A DNA stretch of 64,000 nucleotides. Source: Octopus vulgaris. Taxonomy: Eukaryota. Shown here one piece after another: positions 13,470 to 25,670 of this stretch (within the stretch, counting starts at the first letter, position 1; every line of letters starts with the position of its first letter). Below the pieces are notes generated by a model. It was not told the origin of the DNA and did no database searches. It worked only from the letters and a program-made list of their open reading frames with translations. The position numbers were made by a program, and so were the translations under genes. The stretch lies in assembly GCA_951406725.2 (NCBI GenBank), contig OX597823.1:64914001-64978000 (forward strand), written 5' to 3'.

Positions 13470-13860
13470 CTGTGCCGGTGGCACATAAAAAGCACCATCC
13501 GAACGTGGCCGTTGCCAGTGCCGCCCCGACTGGCTTCTGTGCCGGTGGCACATAAAAAGCACCATCCGAACGTGGCCGTTGCCAGCGCTGCCCCGACTGG
13601 CTTCCATGCCAGTGGCACGTTAAAAGCTCCAACCGATCGTGGCCGATGCCGGACCCCCCTGGCACCTGTGCAGGTGGCACGTAAAAAGCACCCACTACAC
13701 TCGCGGAGTGGTTGGCGTTAGGAAGGGTATCCAGCTGTAGAAACTCTGCCAGATCAGACTGGAGCCTGGTGCAGCCCCTGGCTTCCCAGACCCCGGTCGA
13801 ACCGTCCAACCCGTGCTAACGCGGAAAACGGACGTTAAACGATGATAATGATGATGATGA
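13470..13860 (+). mobile_element. RTE-tailed repeat (family D) with ~58-bp tandem subunits
   Basis: Tandem gtgccggtggcacataaaaagcaccatccgaacgtggcc units, then ggagtggttggcgttaggaagg...ggaaaacggacgttaaac(gat)n tail. Confidence 0.8.
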
Positions 13861-14459
13861 TATATATATATATCTTTATCCTATCTCTGAGCTTGATATC
13901 AATTATTCAAAGGATTCAAAAAAGAAGCAGCATGACAATATATAAACAAAAATATTTGTAGGCACATAGAAATCTCAGTCCTTGAGACCATTAAAAATGC
14001 ATCATACATTCGTCTAGTTGATTATCACTTGCAGAACATGTGACATATTCATCTTGTCACTTATTTAAATTATGTGATATTTTCATGTCTTTAATTATTA
14101 AATGTGTAAAATACATGAAATCAAGGAAATGGTTATTGTTAATGAGAAAATGGTTACTGTCAGTATTGCTGAATAACTGAATGATTTCTCTTTTCTCATT
14201 ACATGACCATCCCTAAAGGTATGGTAAATTAATAATATGAGAAATAATTTAGTTGAACCAGTTAGTAGTTGAAAATTCCTCACAAATATTGATTCAATGA
14301 TTCACAAATTTCAAGCTTGTATTCAAAAGTACAAAAGACTGCAGCAATTAATGTAGAGGGATCAGTGTTCTATAAAGGATCAATCTATTTTACAGCTGTT
14401 AATATCGTCCAAAGAAGCTCTGGAGTAATATTATTCAACAGAGCACATAGCTAAAAGGC

Positions 14460-14730
14460 CAGGTGGTCTCTCCAAGTCGAGCAGCTACTTCTCTATATTG
14501 AGAGGTCCAGTATTATAGCTCCAGTATTATGGTCATATGATTAGAATGCTGCAGAAAGGAATCACAGGATAGATTCTTCAAGAAGGTGATCTAGAGGTAG
14601 ACCAAGAATGAGATGGTTAGATAATATCCACAGTGTCCAGTGGTCATACCTGGGAATCCAGTTAGAAATGCTAAAGCTGGTTGCTTCTGATAGAACTGTA
14701 TGGAAGAGATGCATGAAAACTTCACCCTAT
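14460..14730 (+). mobile_element. RTE-clade LINE 3' remnant
   Basis: Decayed translation QYYGHMIRM...RGRPRMRWLDNI...ASDRTVW, typical of the RTE ORF C-terminus. Confidence 0.75.
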
Positions 14731-14870
14731 GACCCTCCCAAATATAGTGGACAGACAAAGATTGACAGATGGATATCTTCTTTAAATTCTAGATCTATTT
14801 GAACAGAGTAAGAGTAAGATGTCTTACTGAGTACCTAAATGTATACACATTCCATGAGAATAATATTTTT

Positions 14871-15320
14871 AATAGAATTATTACATTTCTAAATATCTCA
14901 GAGAGATCTAAGCAGTAGTGGTATGATAGAGTAGCTGTATACTGTCAACTTAATGTCACAGTCCCATGAAGGGAATCACACCACTGCTATTTAGCCCTAG
15001 GAAGCACCAACGCTTCCTGTCGGCCTTGACACATTTCCTGTGTCCTTATGTTTACAAGGGGGAGATAAGCACCTCCACACAGCTAAGCCTGCATTCAAGA
15101 GACTAGTTTCTGAGTCTTTGCTCATCATCAGTCTTGAGTTGCATGGCCTGCTAGTTGGAAATGCCTGTCTAGCCTTTGCAAACATATAAGAATTCTAGTG
15201 AAATAAATCCACTGATTACAAAAATAGAAATATTACATTTCTAAATATCTCAGAGAGATATAAGCAGTAGTGGTACGATAGTGTAGTTGTATACTGTCAA
15301 CTTAAGTTGACAGTATACAA
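14871..15320 (-). mobile_element. Hammerhead-containing small retroelement (retrozyme/Penelope-derivative-like), 352-bp unit plus 83-bp terminal redundancy
   Basis: 14871-14953 is repeated at 15223-15305. The hammerhead lies between the copies. The element ends in a perfect 34-nt palindrome at 15287-15320. Confidence 0.5.
15095..15137 (-). ncRNA. Minimal type-I hammerhead ribozyme, intact catalytic core
   Basis: The - strand reads UCAAGA-CUGAUGA-UGAG caaaga CUCA-GAAA-CUA-GUC^UCUUGA. Helix I is 6 bp, helix II 4 bp, helix III is the palindrome ACUAGU, cleavage triplet GUC. Confidence 0.8.
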
Positions 15321-15717
15321 ATATTTTTAATGACTTTTCACTAGACCCTGTTTGTTTTTTCCTCCAAGCTTATTTCTTTTGATGAGAGACTGAAGCTGAA
15401 TAAACAAATTTCTTAGAAAGACCCACATTGTTGAGAATAGCAGATAATTGAGTTGTTTCTATTGCATAAAAGTGTAGAGTTTTCTGCAAGCACATGCTCA
15501 AATCACAATCGGCCACTTTGGAAACACACCCAAAATGATAATAAATAAATATATAAAAAATAGTAGTGATGGTGTGCTGGTTATTGACAATAAACAACAA
15601 TGGCAAAATAGAATAGATTGTACAATATAAAAAAAAATATCTCAGCCTTTCGTATAATACATATATGTTTCTAGGATGGGTATAAATCCCTGAATAACAT
15701 TAATCTTCTTTTTTTCC

Positions 15718-16512
15718 ATCTTTTACTTGTTTTAGTCACTTGACTGTGGCCATATTGGAGCACCACCTTGAAAGGCTTCAGTCAAACAAATTGACTGTAG
15801 GACTTATTTTTTAATGCCTATTCTATTCTAATACTTAATCTATTGGTCTCTTCATCAAATTGCTACATAACAGGGACATAAACATACCAACACTGGCTGT
15901 TGAGCAGTGGCAGAAGAAAAACACTGACACAAATTCACACACACACACACATGTATATATATCCGTATGTATGCATGTATATATATGTGGAGGTACGTGG
16001 ATTAGTGGTTGGGGTGTTGGACGCATGATCATAAGGTTGTGGTTTTGATTCCTGGACTGGGCAATCTGTTGTGTTCCAGTCCACTCAGCTGGCAAAAATG
16101 AGTAATCCTACGACGGACTGGTGTCCCATCCAGGTGGGGAATTTCTACGCCACTGAAACCGGGAAACTGGCCCTTATGATCCTGGCATGGCTCAAGAAGG
16201 AACATTTATGTATATGTATAAACATACAAAGTAGGGAGGTTTAGTTCGCTGGTGATCTAAACAACTAGGTACACTAGGTAAGTGCTGTGATGGATTACTG
16301 GAGCTCCAAGGTTAGAGCTGATATACTAGTTGTGGAGCCATTGTAGATTTCCGATATAACGGATATATAATTATTAGAGGACGACAAGTGTTACGGCAAG
16401 ACAAACATCTCAAATCATATATATTATTATTATTGGAAAAATTTTTCCGATAATAATGACATATATGACTTGAGATGTTTGTCTTACCTTAACATCTGTT
16501 GTCCTCTTTAGC

Positions 16513-16549
<37 letters not shown>

Positions 16550-16573
16550 TGACAGACAGATAGATAGATAGAC

Positions 16574-16647
<74 letters not shown>

Positions 16648-16831
16648 ATAGAAAGATATATAGATAGATATGAAAGGATTCTTTTAATTTCCATCTACCA
16701 AATCCACGCACAAGGCTTTGGTCAGCCCAAGGCTATAGTAGAAGACACTTGCCCAAGGTGCCACACAGTGGAACTGAACCCAGTACCATGTGGTTTGGAA
16801 GCAAGCTTCTTACTACATAGCCATGCCTGCA
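15718..16831 (-). mobile_element. SINE family A split at its internal microsatellite by nested insertions
   Basis: Tail at 15718-15950 and head at 16670-16831. Between them lie a family C SINE (15988-16207), a palindrome and (TAGA)n. Confidence 0.7.
16363..16522. repeat. ~160-bp imperfect palindrome (foldback element)
   Basis: Arms agaggacgacaagtgttacggcaagacaaacatctcaa... / ...ttgagatgtttgtcttaccttaacatctgttgtcctct, centred on ggaaaaa|tttttcc. Confidence 0.9.
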
Positions 16832-16899
16832 CCAATACTAAGTATATTATTCTGAAGAATCAAGTAGTGTAATAACTTATTGAGTTCAGAGATGAACTT

Positions 16900-17580
16900 A
16901 CTTTGAAAATGTCCTTGTTTTACATCATGTTGATGAGTTGGATGGTTGATTTATTTCCAAGATAATTTTTTATTAGTCTTGAATATGGGATTATAGTTAT
17001 TTACAGTGGGTGATTTTATTCTAGTTTCCATATAAAGGTTTGAATTACTTTTTTTATAGCAGTTGTCTACAATGTTTACAGTGCCCCAGTGGGTCTTCTT
17101 GTTGGTTTTTGGTAACTGAAATGAGAGGAATCTGTAATGGTTAATATAGGCTATTCAGTAAAGGTTCTTAGCCTTATATGACTGGAAATAATTATGCTTA
17201 AAATAGCTGACGTCATTTATTTTCTTCTTTGAAGTTTCCTGGCAATCATTACTAATGCTTCTCATTCAAAATTGTGTATTCCTAATTAGAAAGAACAGAT
17301 TTTTATATGCTTATAAATGTTGGTTTGCTGGCAAATTTTATTGGATTTAAAATAGCATTTAATGGTGTTATCCTGATTTTCTTTAAAGAAGTATATACAA
17401 CAAATGGGTCTTATAATGAAATTATCAGTTTTCTGCACAAGGTGTTTTACGTAGCTTTTTTTATATTTCTATCAAAAAGAATTAAAAAAAAAATTTTTTG
17501 CTTTGCTGAGTTGATTAAATATTTCTGCTTTGCCGTATATGTAAGTAAACGGTTTGTTGATTTTCATATGTGTTAGCTTG
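16900..17580 (-). mobile_element. Highly decayed Penelope-like reverse transcriptase remnant
   Basis: Frameshifted - strand peptides DNFIIRP and QIPLI/FQLPKTNK resemble Penelope-like RT motifs IIxPADK and PxFYxLPKIHK. Confidence 0.45.
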
Positions 17581-18169
17581 TTAGCATGTTAATATCTGTT
17601 AAAGCAAAGCTTTCATTAACTGAATAAAATACTTAATACTTAACGAAGAACAATGTGGTATATTATTTTATTAATAACAGCTTTACAGAATGAATAGTGT
17701 GTTTTGAGCTGAGGTGATTTTGTTCACATGTTGCAGTGGAGAAGTTCACCTTGGATCAAAATACTCACCGATAAAATAATATTGTGTACCCTGTTTCTTG
17801 AAGTGTCAAATGATTTATTCTGTATATGAAAGCAATGTTCTACCAAACACACACACACACTCTTATATGCATGCACACACATACACACATACACACACAT
17901 GCACACACATGTGCCGACACACACACACACACACACACACAGAGACTCATACAGACTCACACATATTGCCCGTGTGTGTGTGTGTGTGTGTGTCTCTTAC
18001 ACATGTATAAATTATGTTCTCTATTTTTCATGTGTAATTTGTAATTGTCAATGTCAGTAATTAGAGGAATAGATTCATCAACATAAAGAAACCGAACATT
18101 AAAACCAGCACAGGGAGGAGGTGGGGTGGAAATCACAAAGGCATAAACATTTCACTTTGTGTCATCGCC

Positions 18170-18619
18170 ACCAACGCAACAACAGCAACAACAACAACAA
18201 CAACAGCAACAACAACAACAACGACAACAACAACAATCACTACCACCACCGCCTCTGTCGCTGCCGTTGCTGCTGCCACCGTTATTGTCATCGTCAACAC
18301 CTTCATATTCATTATACCCTGCTTTCAATGTTATTTACTTCTATCATTGTAATCATTAAGAGTTTCAGCATTATCACCATTACGAGCGCCATCTCCATTG
18401 TTGCGTTTCCTCCTACTCAGCATCGGTATCGTTATCCGACAATTCCTTCGTCAATGTTGCCATTATCATTATCTTCATCACTAAGCACCACCACCACCAG
18501 CACCACCACCAAAACTGCCCCTTCTCCTACTTATCATCATCGTCGTCATCGTTGTCATTGTAATCATCATCATCATCACCATCATTGTCATCATCGCCAT
18601 CGTCATCGTCATTATCATC

Positions 18620-18650
<31 letters not shown>

Positions 18651-18736
18651 CCGTCATCGTCATCATCATCGTCATCATCATCATCTTCGTCATCATCGTC
18701 AACATCATCATCATCATCATCATCGCCATTATCATC

Positions 18737-18768
<32 letters not shown>

Positions 18769-18827
18769 CGTCATCGTCGTCATCATCATCATCTTCGTCA
18801 TCATTGTCAACATCATCATCATCGTTG

Positions 18828-18860
<33 letters not shown>

Positions 18861-18864
18861 CCAC

Positions 18865-18907
<43 letters not shown>

Positions 18908-19750
18908 TTCATTGCCATCATCATCATCATGTTAATCCCTAATAAGTCATCATCTAAATCACCACTTTTAACTATTGCGTTAAACTCATGCACACACACA
19001 CACACACACACAGACAGGCAGATAGACACTCCCAGACACACATGCACATAAGCATACATGAAGCAGATATTCAAAAGCTTACAACATGTATCAATCAGCG
19101 TGGGCCTGATGAATGGCACTGTTTCTGATGGTGGTGGAGGCAGATGGGGGTTCCTTTATGTAATTGTTTATTTATTCGTTTATTCGTTTATTTATTTATT
19201 TATTTGGTTGGAAACATTAGAAACACTTTCATTCCAAGTAATTTGTCATAATTGCACAACTCACCGCTTCTTGTTTTAATCACATCAGCATTCGAATCCA
19301 TCACTGTCATCATCATTGCCCATCATCATCATCATAACCATCATAACCATCATCATCATCATCATCATCACCATCATCATCATCGTCGTCGTCATCATCA
19401 TCATTGTTGTCATCATCATCATCATCATCATCACCATCATCATCATCACCATCATCATCATCACCATCATTATCATCACCATCATCATCATCACCATCAT
19501 CACTGTCACCACCACCACCATCATCATCATCATCGTCGTCGTCGTCGTCGTCGTCATCATCGTCATCAACATTATCTTCATCATCATCATCACCACCACC
19601 ACCTGCTCTTCATCATCCCCTTCATCATCATTATCGTTGTCACTGTTGTCTTCCTCCTTATCATCATTAATCATCATCAACAACTGTAACTTCATCGGTA
19701 TCATCAAGCACATAAACAGCAGCAGCAGCAACAACAACAAGAACAACACA
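18170..19750. repeat. Two long degenerate (CAT/CAC/CGT)n arrays plus (CAA)n
   Basis: Arrays at about 18530-18930 and 19300-19690. Source of the poly-His/Ser/Met ORFs. Confidence 0.95.
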
Positions 19751-19779
19751 ACAATAAGAGATAATAATTATAGATAAAT

Positions 19780-19947
19780 AGGTGCAGTAGTGGCTGTGTG
19801 GTAAGTAGCTTGCTTACCAACCACATGGTTTCGGGTTCAGTCCCACTGCATGGCACCTTAGGCAAGTGTCTTCTACTATAGCCTCGGGCCGACCAAAGCC
19901 TTGTGAGTGGATTTGGTAGACGGACAGTGAAAGAAGCCCATCATATA

Positions 19948-19989
<42 letters not shown>

Positions 19990-20220
19990 CGTGCGTGCGT
20001 GTGTGTATATGTTTGTGTGTCTGTCTTTGTCCCCCCAACATCGCTTGACAACTGATGCTGGTGTGTTTACGTCCCCGTAACTTAGTGGTTTGACAAAAAG
20101 AGACCGATAGAATAAGTACAAAGCTTACAAGGAATAAGTCCTGGGATTGATTTGCTCGACTAAAGGTGGTGCTCCAGCATGACCGCAGTCATATGACAGA
20201 AACAAGTAAAAGAGTAAAAG
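19780..20220 (+). mobile_element. SINE family A, full length
   Basis: Head, (TG)n(TGCG)n and tail gaaacaagtaaaagagtaaaag. Confidence 0.9.
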
Positions 20221-20289
20221 TGTAAATAAATAGATGAAGTAATTAAGAATAATGGGTAATAGACATGTGTGAGTATGTATGTATGTCTG

Positions 20290-20370
20290 TACAAAGGGAT
20301 GCTGAAAAGTTCCTGGCTTTAAGGGTTTCATCAAACTCCTGGGTGGGAGCCCAACCTTCTGAGTTCTTAT
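20290..20370 (+). mobile_element. Mariner-like MITE end fragment
   Basis: ta-caaagggatgctgaaaagttcctggcttt. Related decayed copy at about 62640-62745. Confidence 0.5.
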
Positions 20371-20533
20371 GTCTATAGTCCCATGGATAGCTTTCGAATT
20401 TTTATTTATCCCAAAGGTATTTTCAGCCCAACATTGTGATCATAAGGCCAACAACCTAACCAATAAGCCACTCACCTTCACAAACAGTAATAACTACCTA
20501 ATATAATATATAGTGAAGTATGATATAACAGAT

Positions 20534-20892
20534 GGAGGTGCATGGCTTAGTGGTTAGGATGTCAGCGTCATGATCGTAAGATTGTGGTTTCAATTCCTGG
20601 ACTGGGCAACACGTTGTGTTTTTGAGCAAAACACTTCATTCCACATTGCTCCAGTCCACTCAGCTGGCAAAAATTAGTAACACTGTGATGGACTGGCATC
20701 CCATCCAGCTGGGGAACACATACAGCATTGAAACCAGGAAACCGGGCCCATGAGCCTGGCTAGGCTTTAAAAGGGTGCATTTATTTATCTGCAATGGACT
20801 GGCATCCCGTCTAGCTGGTGGCGAACACATACGCCATAGAAACTGGGAAACCAGGCCCATGAGCCTGACTAGGCTTGAAAAGGGTGCATAAA
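20534..20892 (+). mobile_element. SINE family C with duplicated 3' tail
   Basis: atggactggcatccc...gcccatgagcctg...aaaagggtgcat occurs twice (about 20688-20780 and 20794-20889). Confidence 0.85.
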
Positions 20893-21627
20893 TAAATGAT
20901 ATAACAGAACGATTTTCACTTTACTACATGTTTAAATCTCTTTTCTTTTATGTTCTATTTGATATTTTCTTCTACTACTTTCTATTGTCTTTCCATCCAA
21001 ATGAATGCATTACACTTGTCACCAGCATTCTAATGGTCAAAAGTTTTTGCCTGTTTGGAAAATAACAAGTAAACTTATTTTTAATGGTGCTTGATTAATT
21101 TTCTTACTGTGTCAGTGGCAGTAATTGTATAGAAGAATAATTATCTGTTTACTAATCTTAAGTGGTTTCATAAAATTTTTTTCCTCACTGATATTTTTCA
21201 AGTAGCACCTGTCTAGGTGTTCAGGCCTGCATGGTTCATATGTACAGTCCTTGAACGTAAACAAATTCTGTCTAATTTATCTTGGTTCTGGGATCTGTGA
21301 AGGTTACATGCACACTGTTTACCCCTTGACTCAAACCACAAAAAAAAAAACATAAGGACATCTTTTATAAAATATACTGTGTGGGTGTGTTGTAAGAAGC
21401 TTGCTTCCCAACTACAGTGGGGTTCAGTCCCACAGTGTAGCACTTTGAGCAAGTGTCTTCTACTATAGCCTTGGGTTGACCAAAGCCTTGCAAGTGGATT
21501 TGGTAGTTGGAAACTGAAATAAGCTTGTCATATATATATACAGTATTAATAGTTAGGGAATATAATAATTCCAAGCCAACAGGAAAAAAATTCAATTTAG
21601 CACACTAAATCAAAAATTCACAATATG

Positions 21628-21666
<39 letters not shown>

Positions 21667-22118
21667 AATTAGTAAATAAATGGCACAATAAGTACCGATA
21701 TTTACTGGAAATAGCGAACGTAAAAATACGACGCTAATGAGTAGCTTCACCGCGTATGTATTAGCAAAAATGCGTGTGTGCAACAAATTAGAGAAAAACC
21801 GTCTTACCTCCAGGGAGAACATCTGAAAGATGAAACACCCGGAAAAGGATAAGTGGTATGCAGGTTTCAGGTTTTACAAGATATGTCTCTCACCCATATT
21901 TTGTTTTACCTTCATCAGCCAAACATATACCAAGACGAAATCTACGATGTTACCACATTAATACTAACACACTCAACTGAAATGTGGAACGCTGAAGAAG
22001 TTTCAATATATATATGTAAAGTTAATCCAAACAAGAAAGCATAAAAAAACACAACAACGCGAGGACGTGGAACAAATATAGTATTATTGGACGCTCAGGA
22101 AAGAAGAAAAGAAGGAGG

Positions 22119-22153
22119 GTTTAACTTTTCGAGCGGAGCTCTTCGTCGGAAAC
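22119..22153 (-). other. Degenerate hammerhead-derived motif in a Penelope-like repeat (about 22020-22230)
   Basis: The - strand reads GUUU-CCGACGA-a-GAGC ucc GCUC-GAAA-a-GUU-AAAC. Core has U4>C and helix III is broken. Confidence 0.5.
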
Positions 22154-22289
22154 ATAGGATAAGGAAAGATCCAGAGAAGGGAAGACAGAGGAAAAAAAAA
22201 TCGCCAACAGTACACACAAGGTCACATTTATATATATATAGAATTTAGAGACAAATTTTTTATCTTTAATTAATCTTTAATCTCTAAAG

Positions 22290-22324
<35 letters not shown>

Positions 22325-22794
22325 CACTAAAGTGACAAAGGGCACTAATCAGCACCAGTATTGCTGGAAATAAGAGTCAGAACAACTCAATAGCCATGCA
22401 GAAAGCTAATGACTGACAAGGGAAGTAATCTCCCTACAGTAACAGGCATAACCAGATCATCAGTGATGTCATATTTTAATACTGACACTTTTACTGGTTA
22501 TGAAATCAGTATGTAATTTCAATGGAAATCTCATAAAGTGACAAGGTGAGCTGAGTTTAACCCTAGGTGCAGTGAGAGCCGTTGATGACCATTTGTCCAC
22601 CACGGCTACTTGACAATTGGTGTTGATGTGCTTATGTCCCTGTAACTTAGTGGTTTGGCTGAAGAGACTAGTAGGAAATGTACTAGGCATTAGAAAAAAC
22701 ATGTTCTGGGGTAGATTTGTTCTTCAAAAACCCTTCAAGGTGGTGCTCCAGTATGGCTGAAGTCAAATGACTGAAACAAGTAAACGATAAAAGA

Positions 22795-23022
22795 TTAATC
22801 CTTTCGTTACTGTACTTATTTTGAGATGCTCTGTGTTTCTTTCAATTAATTTTAAATATAACAAAGAATTTAGTAAAATAACTTAGTTATCATTCAGCTA
22901 GTGTTAGGATCATAAACTGTGGCTAAGGTTTGGTAGAAGATTTTAATTCAAAACTTATGAAAGCAAGACATATGTACTCAGAGCCAGAGCCAGTTTCAGC
23001 CAGGTTGGTAACAAAAGGGTTA
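22795..23022 (-). mobile_element. TTAA piggyBac-like MITE
   Basis: ttaa-tcctttcgttac...gtaacaaaaggg-ttaa. Same family as 5747-6186. Confidence 0.8.
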
Positions 23023-24154
23023 AAGATAGAACAAACATTTTGCTTTGCTTACAGTGAAAATAATCAAACTTCATATAGTTGCTTGACTTGCAAGAAACAG
23101 CAGCAAAGTATCGTTCAATCACATTAGTATTAAGCAAAAAAAAAAAAAAAAGGAAGGACTCATTGAATAATGTAGTTTTAGATAGAATGCATCTGGAAAA
23201 TTAAGAAAATAAAGCATAGTTACAGCTTACTTGGGTTTGAACCAGGGCACAACGATAAGAATAACAGTAGCCAAGTATAGAAAACTTCAACAGCAGTAAT
23301 AGCAGCAACAACAACAACAGCAAAAACAATAGCCACAATAACAATTCTATGAAATTGACTGTGTTATTACATATGAGTAACTATTCACTCAAGTCTCTCT
23401 TCTATGTGTATCAGACATTCTAAACGAGATATTTAATATCATAAACAGCATGGATGAGTTCAGCTTCAAAGAATTAATTTTACCTCTTTTATTTTTCGTT
23501 TCTTTTTGTTTCTTTTCTTTTTTTTGTTTTTGGTTCAATTATCATATTTTCATTTCAAAACTTCTGTTGCATTACTACAACTACTACTACTACTACCTTT
23601 TATTGTGGAGTCATTGTATCAAGTAAAATTGATAAAGTGCCTACCTGTCTCAAGAGGTTTTCATTCGGTAAGTTTTCCACTGATATTTTGGCAAAAAGAA
23701 TTCCATCATGTTGATGAGAAATTTTGACCAGTTGAGTGACTTTTCCTTTTTATTTTTTTTAAGACCTTGTTTTCACAGCTGTATAGTTTTCCTGTTGCAT
23801 CTTCTGAGATGTTAAGTAGAAATAGAAGCTGTCTTTGTATTGTCAGCCAAAGTGGTGATAATGGTGTGTCAGGATATATATAACTCAGAGAGTGCATCTC
23901 CATGAATAAACCATAGTTAAATTAATACTGATTTCAAATTTTGGCACAAGGCCAGCAATTTTGGGGTAGAGTATAAGTTGATTATATTAACCCCAGTTTT
24001 CAGCTCGTATATCATTTTAATTATTTCAGTTGATATGAAGGAGTAATTTTGAACTTGTTTTGATCTTATTTTGAACTCATCAGTGAAGTATAAACCAGAT
24101 AGTACATTGATTGGTGTAAAAAATGTTACATGAATAAATAACAAGAATAAATAT

Positions 24155-24329
24155 AGGTGTAGGAGTGGTTGTGTGGTAAGTAGCTTGCTTATGAACTGCA
24201 TGGTTCCGGGTTCAGTCCCACTGCGTGATATCTTGGGCAAGTGTCTTCTAATATAGCCTCGGGTCAACCAAAGCCTTGTGAGTGGATTTGGTAGACGGAC
24301 AGTGAAAGAAGCCCATCGTGATGATGATG

Positions 24330-24372
<43 letters not shown>

Positions 24373-24579
24373 TGTGTTTGTCCCCCCAACATTGCTTGAC
24401 AACCGATGCTGGTGTGTTTACGTCCCCATAACTTAGCGGTTCGGCAAAAAGAGACCGATAGAATAAGTACTAGGCTTACAAAGATTAAGTCCTGGGGTCG
24501 ATTTGCTCGACTAAAGGCAGTGCTCCAGCATGGCCACAGTCAAATGACTGAAACAAGTAAGAGAGTAAAAGAGAGAGTA
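24155..24579 (+). mobile_element. SINE family A, full length
   Basis: Head, (GAT)(TA)(TG) tract and tail. Confidence 0.9.
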
Positions 24580-25481
24580 ACTCAACAATGACATCTGTGT
24601 AAAAAATATGTTAGTTTTAGCAAAGCTAACTTGGAGTAATTATGTGGCCAGGATAGTAATCAGTGACATGCAAAGAGGGTTGAGAAACAAATTAATCTCT
24701 AGCTTTCTGAACTGTAAGTCACAAATGGGTTTGAAAGATCTCACATTTCTAAACCATATTGCAATTAAGAATCAAGTATTGCTTTGTGGCATGTTTGGAC
24801 ATGAGAAAAATATCTGACTGTTGAGTTGATGGTGAACTGAGAACATAATATGGTGTGTGTGAGTGTGAAAAGAAATGTCAAAATATAAAGGAATATGAGA
24901 CTTAGGAAATCATGTAAAGCACAATGATGAATGTGTTCCTTGTTTTATAACAGAGAGGAAACATCATGGCTTTGTGTTTATATCCTTTATGTCTTGCCTA
25001 ACTGACGTTGAATGTAGGAAGGACAATAGAACAGTGATTCATGAACTGGAGAGGGAAGCAGAAAATGCTTCATCATATGATAGAAAGACTGAAGTTAACA
25101 GCCAAGAATGAATTCTAGTTGCTGCATAGCTGGAATGGTTAAAGAGGGCCATGGAAAGATGATAGAAGGGAAAAAGCATGCTACAGTGTCAGCTAAAAGG
25201 ATGGAGACATTCCCTTATAACATCAATGATGTTCAAAACCACTGAAAATAGTGGTACTATCAAAAAAGTTGTCAAAATCACTGGGATCTTAAGTTGACAG
25301 CTGATGAAGGGTACGGTATGCAGCGCAATTTGCTTGTATAATATAATCTCTTACTAGCTGGCTCTGTGCCATCAAAAATGACAGCTAATTGTAGTATTTT
25401 ATATATAAATAAAGTACAAAATAAGGTACATAATAATCACAGATACATACATGCACACACACACACACATATACTCATGCA

Positions 25482-25670
25482 GAGTTGAAATGCTGTTTGA
25501 TTTTTCTTTTCAGCATTGAATGTTCACCATCCCACTTCCATTTGAAAACACACACACAAACCTTCACATGACTCCCTTTTACATACACACACATATACAC
25601 ACGGAGAGTTGAGATACTGTTTGATTTTTCTGTAAGTGTTGAATGTTCATCATCCCAATTCCAGTTTGAT
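25482..25670 (+). repeat. Local ~124-bp-period tandem duplication
   Basis: gagttga(a/g)at(g/a)ctgtttgatttttc...ttgaatgttca(c/t)catccca at about 25482 and 25606. Confidence 0.75.

Noticed and set aside
13470-13695. CRISPR-like regularly spaced repeats (gtgccggtggcacataaaaagcacc)
   Set aside because: The spacers are themselves similar, the array is part of a dispersed RTE-tailed repeat, the DNA is eukaryotic, and no cas genes are present.
17768-17820. Possible 51-nt antisense exon (atacag|...TATCG|gtgagt)
   Set aside because: Weak pyrimidine tract, no recognisable peptide and no partner exons.
18121-19777. Long poly-His/Ser/Met ORFs (up to 273 aa)
   Set aside because: They are translations of (CAT)n microsatellites, open in several frames on both strands, with no splice or domain support.
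23600-23673. Candidate upstream CFAP65 exon ending TTCG|gtaagt (phase compatible)
   Set aside because: No good acceptor, it runs into (CTA)n, and the peptide does not resemble the expected CFAP65 segment.
25295-25390. CUGAUGA followed by a possible long helix II
   Set aside because: No GAAA in register and no helix I complement. At most a very decayed relic.
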